NCBI GenBank assembly: GCA_963707135.1
Contig: CAVPOY010000025.1
Coordinates: forward strand, 24,649 to 88,648
Reading direction: 5' to 3'
DNA: 64,000 bases
Source of the DNA: an uncultured Gammaproteobacteria bacterium
Lineage (GTDB): Bacteria > Pseudomonadota > Gammaproteobacteria > Chromatiales > Chromatiaceae
Part shown: positions 57,786 to 64,000 of the stretch, in pieces
How positions within the stretch are numbered: position 1 is the first letter of the stretch
Layout of the letters: every line of letters begins with the position of its first letter
Made by a program: the position numbers and the translations under genes
The notes under the pieces: model-generated
What the model saw: only the letters and a program-made list of their open reading frames with translations
Told to the model about the DNA's origin: nothing
Database searches by the model: none

Positions 57786-58991
57786 TTATACGGCGCCCCG
57801 CCTTCTGACTACCGCGCCGATTGTTCGGATGAGCGTTACAAGGTCAAGACGAAGAGACTGCTCGCGGGCGTATTTTAAGTCGAGGCGAACCATTTCCTCA
57901 AATGTTGTCGTGCTTCGTCCATCGACCTGCCAAAGGCCGGTCATTCCTGGCTTGACCTCCAGTATTCGCCGTAGGTGCCAGGACTCGTATCGTTCAACCT
58001 CATAGGGGAGGGGCGGGCGTGGGCCGACGAGGCTCATTTCGCCCTTGAGTACATTGAAAAGTTGTGGGAGCTCGTCAATGCTCCATTTCCGTATGAATTC
58101 TCCGACCCGAGTGATCCGTTCATCGGAAGTCATTTTGTAGATGGTCGCGGTTGAGTCCCCTTGACTGATTCCGTCCACTTCTCCTCGGATGTATTTATCA
58201 ACATACTGACGGTGGACGGAATCATCGGTTCCGGAATGCATCGACCGGAATTTGTAAAGAACGAACGGAACAAAATTATGCCCAACACGAATTTGCCTGA
58301 AAATGACGCTCCCCGGGGACGTTATTTTAATAGCAAGTGCTGTGACGAGAAAGACGGGGGAGAACGTTAGTAATGCGACCAATGCACCCGATAGATCAAA
58401 GCAGCGCTTGACAATTGAGTTTGGAGATTTTGTCGGTAGCGGGTCGTAGACAAGCTCAGAGAATACAGGTTCTTGCTGGCTCTTAAATTTACTCGCGATC
58501 GTCAATAGTTCTTCGGGGTAAACCTGAGTGGTAACAGATAATATCAGGCCGTTGGATTGCTTCTCCATCCTGCTTAGGACGATACGCGCTCGTGACTCGT
58601 CAGTGTCTGGAAATATAAGTCCAACAACATCCTCGGCTAGAAAGCCGAGAGTATCTGTCTCCCGTACGGATTCCGCGAGTTTGTGGACGAGCGCTAGTAA
58701 GTTAGAGCAGGACCGAGCCCGTTTGTAGTCCAAGAGTAGTACCGCGAGCGTGAGCGGCGACTTGGATCGGTCGGCGCGAAGCTTCTCGCGGCGGAAAGTA
58801 TCCAGAAACCAAATCTTTGGAAGAATCCTGCTACCGGAATTATTGCTCGAAGTCTCGATTTGTTGGATCAATGTAAGGAAAGGTTTGCTTACGTCTTCAC
58901 GTTCGGAAGCCGCGGGTTTGCCTGGCTGTGTGTAAGACTCGGGTTTCGTGGCGTGGCGCATTGAATCGGCTTGTTGGGTAATGTTTGTCAT
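57786..58991 (-). CDS. polyprenyl-phosphate glycosyl-1-phosphate transferase (bacterial sugar transferase, WbaP/EpsB-like C-terminus) with N-terminal degenerate GGDEF-like domain
   Basis: C-terminal Bac_transf signature: [43 protein letters not shown]...FVLYKFRSM...[21 protein letters not shown]...[10 protein letters not shown]. The N-terminal approximately 180 aa follow the GGDEF fold pattern ([25 protein letters not shown]...[31 protein letters not shown]), with GGDEF replaced by AEDVV and an RxxD (RETD) five residues upstream. Start at Met 58991 (MTNITQQ). Confidence 0.75.
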   Translation of the reverse strand: MTNITQQADSMRHATKPESYTQPGKPAASEREDVSKPFLTLIQQIETSSNNSGSRILPKIWFLDTFRREKLRADRSKSPLTLAVLLLDYKRARSCSNLLALVHKLAESVRETDTLGFLAEDVVGLIFPDTDESRARIVLSRMEKQSNGLILSVTTQVYPEELLTIASKFKSQQEPVFSELVYDPLPTKSPNSIVKRCFDLSGALVALLTFSPVFLVTALAIKITSPGSVIFRQIRVGHNFVPFVLYKFRSMHSGTDDSVHRQYVDKYIRGEVDGISQGDSTATIYKMTSDERITRVGEFIRKWSIDELPQLFNVLKGEMSLVGPRPPLPYEVERYESWHLRRILEVKPGMTGLWQVDGRSTTTFEEMVRLDLKYAREQSLRLDLVTLIRTIGAVVRRRGAV

Positions 58992-59989
58992 AGGTGCTCG
59001 AAGAGACAGTGGTCCGTCTAGATAATAAATATGGTTCTGGCAGCAACGCTTCGTGCATGGCGCAGCCCCGTCGGCGGCGGGCTGAACACTCGCGGGCGCC
59101 ACGTAACCGCGGCGGCAAGGCGGCCAAGCGGGGTCGGTCCTTGGAGCAGGTTCTGGTTCTGGTCTTGCGCGACAGTTCCGGGCAGGTGGAGGACTTCGTT
59201 CTGAAGTGGACCGACGCGGGGCACCTCGGGTAGGTCTTCGCGCGAACCCTGGCCGAGGACGCCGTCGCGTACACCGAAGCCAGTGCCGGACTGGCCGCCG
59301 CCACCATGTACTGGCATGTTGAGCATCATTCGGTCAATACCGCAGGGGGTACGCCTCGGCGCGGCCCCTGACATGTCCAGAACGTAAACGCCTATGACGA
59401 CCGCTGAAAGGCTTGGAGGGTTCGTTCCCTCGGTGTCGCCACGTCGTACCTGCAACGACCTAGGTTGGTACTGGCCTCGACTTAAATTCCCAAACCGGGG
59501 CGCGAACCGCCTCGCTACTTGCACTGGCCATCGGAACAACATGACGCCATCCACAGCTAACGCGAACAGTGCCAAAGACTATCGGCGGTTCGACAGAAGC
59601 AGAGGTGCCAACGCAGGGGCGTCTCGAATATTTTCCTAAATATTTACAAATTGTTGTAGCGTGATGCGGCTTCACGGGATGAACTTTCGTCTACAATTCG
59701 GTAAGGATCGTAATTTCACTCCGTGTACTTAATCTGACAGAGTTTTCGGTATTGTCAATCCGTAAAATCTGGTACCGCCCTTACGGCACTGATGTTAGGC
59801 GAGCGCAACGTGGTTTGTGATACGCGACTGATCCGCGCGCGATTTCAGGCGACGGATGGTCGTTTTCGAGGTGCTATATGGCGGCGAGGGTTTCGGTGTC
59901 TTCACAACTGGTATTCACATTGTACATTGTATAGTGCGTTTAACTGTCCGAAAAAGTAGGCTCAAGCAACAGCTTATACCACGGCGGAT

Positions 59990-60520
59990 TTGCCGGATGA
60001 CCAGTGGGAGCGAAGCGCTTACCCACCGACAGAAAAACCGGGGGACCGCGGGCGAATCGCGGCAAAGAATCGGTCGCTTGTCGAGGCTGTCCTGTGGTTG
60101 GTTCGTTCGGGAGCGCCGTAGCGGGACCTTCCGGGGCGGTTCAGTCCCTGAGAGCAGCGTATACCAGCGATTTGCGCACTGGCAAAAAGCGCGGCGGGCG
60201 GCCGCGGGTCTTTGCCACGTCGGTGGAGGCGGATACCGATTTCGAGGAAATCCATTTCGATAGTACGCGTGATCCGCGTTCCGCAACACGCCGCCGGGGC
60301 CCAAAAAAGGGGGAGTCCTGGATGAAACGTGAGGCGTTGGATCTGAGCACTCTATCCTGTGTGCACTCGTTGAATCACCGGCGCTTGTTGGCACGCTATG
60401 GCAACGCGCCGCCCGCCGAGATAGGAGCGGCGCCTTACGTCGAGTTTGCCAAGTCTGCCAAGCCGGCGCGAATTTCGTCCGCTAGCCTGAGGGGGCCCCG
60501 GGGTGGTTCAGAAAGACCGT
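59990..60520 (+). mobile_element. degraded IS5-family (IS427/IS1031-like) transposase remnant
   Basis: Frame 2 reads LPDDQWERSAYPPTEKPGDRGRIAAKNRSLVEAVLWLVRSGAP*RDLPGRFSP*, the DUF4096-type N-terminus of IS5-family transposases. The conserved Trp codons are changed to TAG (60119-60121) and TGA (60149-60151). Downstream pieces VYQRFAHWQK, EIHFDST and VIRVPQHAAGAQKRG lie in three different frames. An A6G heptamer sits at 60303-60309. The 3' boundary is uncertain and may extend to about 60720. Confidence 0.6.
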
Positions 60521-60870
60521 AGGGAGAGAGTGTGTCGAGCGACAGCGCGAGAAGCGCACCTGAACCCGGCAGAGGCTTTTATCCGCAGCGCGCGATCCGA
60601 CGAGCAGAATGGACGATGAGCATCGCCAAGACTTTGCCTTGTGGCGAGACAATCTACCAGATCGGCGCCCACAGCCCCACGTGGAACAGGTCGATGAGTG
60701 GTGCGTAAGTGCGGACTTTCGCTGCAAATCTTAACGTCGCCTATGCTATCCTCGGTTTCTGTGCGAGGCCTGCGCTGAAGCATCAACCGCGCCGCGTGAG
60801 CATCGGGGTTTCCAAAGCACGTGAGGATTTCATATCAATGGATCAGGTTGGCTGGACCGTACGAGAGAGA

Positions 60871-61445
60871 ATGTTTCCACAGTTTCGTCGTTGGATGCAG
60901 GGCGCGTTTCTCGCGTTTCTTTGTCTTATCTGTGTCCCGTTCCCCGTAGTCACTCCTCGGACGACGGCTACGGCCTTCAACCCGGTGACGTAATCCGCGT
61001 TAGCGTGTGGAGGGAACAGGACTTAGACCAAGCCGTGCTCGTACGGCCGGATGGCAGTGTCTCGTTTCCGTTGGCAGGCGATGTGCCGGCGCAGGGTCGT
61101 ACTGTTGATCAGTTAGCGCAGGATATTGCCCGAAATCTTTCCCAGTTTATACCGAACCCGGTGGTCACGGTCAGCCTCCAGCAGACCGAAGGAAATCGGA
61201 TATATGTTACCGGCCGGGTCAATAAACCGGGCGTTTACCTGATCACCGGGCCGATTGACATCATCCAGGCAATTGCAATGGCCGGGGGCCTAACGCCTTT
61301 TGCCGACAAGGACGAGATAAAGGTCCTGCGCAGAGAAGGGGTCACCCAACAGGCCATTCCGTTCGACTACAAAAAGGTGGAGAAGGGTGAGGGACTCGGC
61401 CAGAACATTGTCCTGCGGCCAGGCGACACCGTGGTCGTCCCATGA
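60871..61445 (+). pseudogene. Wza/EpsE-like polysaccharide export protein (Poly_export + SLBB), -1 frameshift near 60950-60960
   Basis: The signal peptide frame (MFPQFRRWMQGAFLAFLCLICVPFPVVTP, ATG 60871, part of ORF 60709..60993) does not match the mature domain frame (SSDDGYGLQPGDVIRVSVWREQDL...IYVTGRVNKPGVYLI..., ORF 60891..61445). Length 575 nt = 3n-1. Confidence 0.7.
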
Positions 61446-61463
61446 TCGGGTTGGAATCTGGTC

Positions 61464-62696
61464 TTGGCTCGTCTTCGGAAGGCGAATTCCTACGGCGGCC
61501 TGGCCGGACGTCTGTCTCTGTCGTGCGGCACGCGATTTGCCGTGGCGAGCATCGGCTCAACACTGCTCCTTCTGGCCACCGATCCCGCAATGGGGGCGTC
61601 GTGGCAGATCAACCCGGAAGCGGATCTCGAGCTGGGTTACGACGACAATGCGAGGTTTACTGCGGAGGACGCGGAGAGCTCCTGGGTCTCAGTTGCGCGG
61701 GGAGCCTTCCGCGCCGCTCGTTCTACGGAGGTGACCGATATCGGCGTTGCGGCCGAGGTCAATTCGACGCGATATGGCGGCGTCTCTGACCTGAACAATT
61801 CCGGTGGAAGTGTTGCGCTCGATGCAGTCTACTCGGGGGAACGGAACCGGATACGTCTCGAGACAGCGATAGATACCCAGTCCACGTTGACGAGCGAGGT
61901 TGCAACCTCTGGATTGAATCAGATCAACAACCAGCAATACCGCTTCGCGATAAACCCGTCCTGGGGGTACCTGATTTCCGAGAGAGCGGCGATTGATCTT
62001 GACTTCAATTATCAAGATGTGTGGTACCAGGATGTCGGGCTGACTCCACTATATAATTATACGGCTTGGGCGGCAGCGGCTGGTGGGAGTTATCGATTAA
62101 CCGAGCGAACCACAATAAGGGGGCGACTGGATTATGGCCACTATCAAGCTGAGCAAGTGGAAAATAAGTACGATAACATCGGCGCCGAATTTGGGGCGAC
62201 GTACCTTTTTTCCGAAAAGCTGACGGGTGGATTGTTGTTAGGACTGCGTCACTCGGAGTCTAGTTCAGCCAGTGCAGATGGTATTATTGAAGATGATACC
62301 AGTAGTGGCCCAACTTTCGCGTTTTATATTTCATCGCGCTTCGATAACGGCGGAGGTGTCAGCCTTAACGCTGGCCGTAATCTTGCTCCAACGGGGAGCG
62401 GGGGGGTGTTGGATATGACCGCCCTATCGTTGAATCTGGATTACCCGATCACAGAACGCTGGCTATTGAGTTTTGATATCAGCGGCAACAAAAATCGTGA
62501 GCCCAGCGGGGAAGAGAGTCGCTCGGTAAGCAGTTTCGCGGGTACGAGCCTTGGTGTCGGTTACGTGCTGCACCCGGACTGGACGCTGAGCGCGAGCTAT
62601 CGGTACCGCTGGCAAGAGACTGCGGACACGCCGGAAGCTGCACAGGCAAACGCGGTGTTTTTAACGCTAGCCTGGAGTCCGCAGCAGGAGCCCTAA
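61464..62696 (+). CDS. outer-membrane beta-barrel protein of EPS loci (EpsL-like)
   Basis: 410-aa ORF with a signal peptide ending ATDPAMGA. It has alternating amphipathic strands rich in Tyr/Gly/Ser/Asp-Asn turns and an OMP-like C-terminus AVFLTLAWSP. It lies immediately downstream of the Wza-like gene. The start is uncertain (TTG). Confidence 0.6.
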   Translation: MARLRKANSYGGLAGRLSLSCGTRFAVASIGSTLLLLATDPAMGASWQINPEADLELGYDDNARFTAEDAESSWVSVARGAFRAARSTEVTDIGVAAEVNSTRYGGVSDLNNSGGSVALDAVYSGERNRIRLETAIDTQSTLTSEVATSGLNQINNQQYRFAINPSWGYLISERAAIDLDFNYQDVWYQDVGLTPLYNYTAWAAAAGGSYRLTERTTIRGRLDYGHYQAEQVENKYDNIGAEFGATYLFSEKLTGGLLLGLRHSESSSASADGIIEDDTSSGPTFAFYISSRFDNGGGVSLNAGRNLAPTGSGGVLDMTALSLNLDYPITERWLLSFDISGNKNREPSGEESRSVSSFAGTSLGVGYVLHPDWTLSASYRYRWQETADTPEAAQANAVFLTLAWSPQQEP

Positions 62697-63250
62697 ATCT
62701 CCTGGGTACGCTGAACTGACGGCAGCGGTACCCGCCTCACAACGTCGCGGTCGCCTCATATAGATGTTCGGAGTGGAACCTGGAATTTGTCAGGCAGATG
62801 CAAGGCGTCGGTAGGGTCGGACGTCGAGAAAATCGCAGCCTGCTTTGGAACCCATGCAACTGGCTCAAATATTCGCGATTGCGAATAATCTCTGCCGAAA
62901 CGAGCGGCGGCACTCAGGGATTTGGGGAACTTGGCGTCGTAAGGGTCGCTAAGGAAATGGCTTTGCGCGGCACCCGCATTTCAACACCGAAGACGTCGCG
63001 GTAGGTACCAGAAGAAACGGACGCCGACCGATCCGCAATCGGCCGACGCCTGTCCATTTGACAAGCAGGACGCGGTGAGACGGTCGTCGATGTGGAGTTG
63101 TAGCGGCAGGTTCACCCCAGATCTGCCGCAACTCAGCTTACGAAATCTACGTAACTTCTCAATAAGTCGTGGCAGGTATATCAGAGAGCTATGAGGATGA
63201 GTTAAAGTCACTTTCCAGATATCCCCGTCGTCTAGGGTCCAGATTCGTCC

Positions 63251-64000
63251 ATGCCCGATCTCAAACAACTGCCGAGCATTGCCGAAGCGCAGCGCAGCCC
63301 GCTGGTGGAGCAGTTGCTGGTACAGCTTGAGCATCTGCTTGAGGAGAACCGCAGGCAGGCGGAGATCATCCAGCAGATGCGCGACGAGATCGCCGTGCTC
63401 AAGGGGCAGAAGGCAAAGCCGAAGTTCAAACCGAGCGGAATGGACACCGAGACCGAGCCCGATGGTGATGCCGACGGGTCCGATGCCGACGACCAAGGAT
63501 GACGGCCGAGCGCGCAAGCGCGCCGGGTCGTCCAAGCGCAGCAAGACCCAGCAGCTGACGATCCACGAGACGATCAAGGTCGCGCCTCAGGCGCCGATTC
63601 CCGAGCGCTCGCGCTTCAAGGGCTATCGCGACTTCATCGTGCAGGACCTGCGCATCCAGGCCCACAACACGTGCTACCGCCTGGAGGTCTGGCAGACGCC
63701 GGACGGCGAGCGGCTGCTGGGTGAGTTGCCGGCGAACCTCAACGGCGGACACTTCGGTCCGGAGCTTCGCCGCTACGCGCTCTACCAGCACCACCACTGC
63801 CACGTCACCCAGCCGTTGCTGCACGAACAATTGCGCGAGTGGGGCATCGACATCTCGGTGGGACAGATCAACGCGCTGCTCAGCGGCGCCAACGCGGGGT
63901 TTTTCGCGGAGAAGGACCAACTGCTGGTGACCAGCCTGGAGGTCAGTCGCCACATCACGGTGGATGATTCCGGGGCGCGCCATCAGGGTCACAACGGCTA
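63251..64000 (+). mobile_element. DDE transposase gene (IS66-family-like single-ORF type), split into two frames and truncated by the window edge
   Basis: ORF 63251..63502 gives the leucine-zipper N-terminus MPDLKQLPSIAEAQRSPLVEQLLVQLEHLLEENRRQAEIIQQMRDEIAVLKGQKAKPKFKPSGMD. The next frame (open from at least 63462 to the edge) continues KRAGSSKRSKTQQLTIHETIKV...RFKGYRDFIVQDLRIQAHNTCYRLEVWQTPDGERLLGELP...HFGPELRRYALYQHHHCHVTQPLLHEQLREWGIDISVGQI...ITVDDSGARHQGHNG. The family assignment comes from my memory of similar annotated transposases. Confidence 0.6.

Noticed and set aside
59018-59575. 185-aa minus-strand ORF upstream of the sugar-transferase gene
   Set aside because: It has no recognisable motif, a Gly/Arg/Pro-rich composition, overlaps the transferase 5' end, and has equally long ORFs on the other strand. 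It is treated as non-coding or eroded sequence.
60303-60309. A AAA AAG heptamer as a programmed -1 frameshift site making the IS5-like element functional
   Set aside because: Upstream Trp codons are replaced by TAG and TGA, and conserved blocks are scattered over three frames. The element cannot produce a transposase regardless of slippage.

Overview
GC-rich (about 65% by eye) proteobacterial chromosome segment. Gene content and synteny look gammaproteobacterial. A Tat-signal HiPIP, nirS and NnrS suggest a Chromatiales/Ectothiorhodospiraceae-like sulfur oxidiser, but that is inference only. Most of the window is conserved core genome. It starts with an NO/denitrification module: Dnr-like Crp/Fnr regulator, nnrS, DUF2249, two hemerythrins, nirS, a NirT-type cytochrome fusion and a cupredoxin. 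Then come lpxD, yceH, a Nudix/GNAT string, purB, acnA, hflD-mnmA/icd, cspD-clpS-clpA-infA-bpt-aat-trxB, HiPIP, rlmE-ftsH-folP-glmM, ratA-rnfH-bamE-fur-recN-nadK, hrcA-grpE-dnaK-dnaJ and dapB. Two stretches are visibly lower in G+C and look accessory. One is a 2-gene cassette at 18981-20942, in the segment that, together with acnA, separates purB from hflD. The other is an exopolysaccharide export island from about 54.8 kb (just after dapB) to the window end, carrying IS debris. Regulatory sites readable from the sequence include a perfect CIRCE operator behind a sigma70-like promoter upstream of hrcA. There is also a sigma32-like promoter before dnaK, two FNR/Dnr-type palindromes in the nir region, and several intrinsic terminators. 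Five genes or elements read as interrupted by indels or stop codons: nirS, recN, the Wzz-like and Wza-like EPS genes and the terminal transposase; the IS5 remnant is also degraded. Several breaks are single-nucleotide indels, two of them inside short G/C runs, so assembly error must be excluded before calling them pseudogenes. The candidates I consider least described are three. (1) A NirT tetraheme-linker-heme c/EB_dh-like fusion next to nirS. (2) A degenerate GGDEF-like domain with a retained RxxD motif fused to the priming sugar transferase of the EPS island. (3) A DUF482/FemAB-like gene translationally coupled to the N-degron transferases aat and bpt. I found no CRISPR array, rRNA or tRNA gene.
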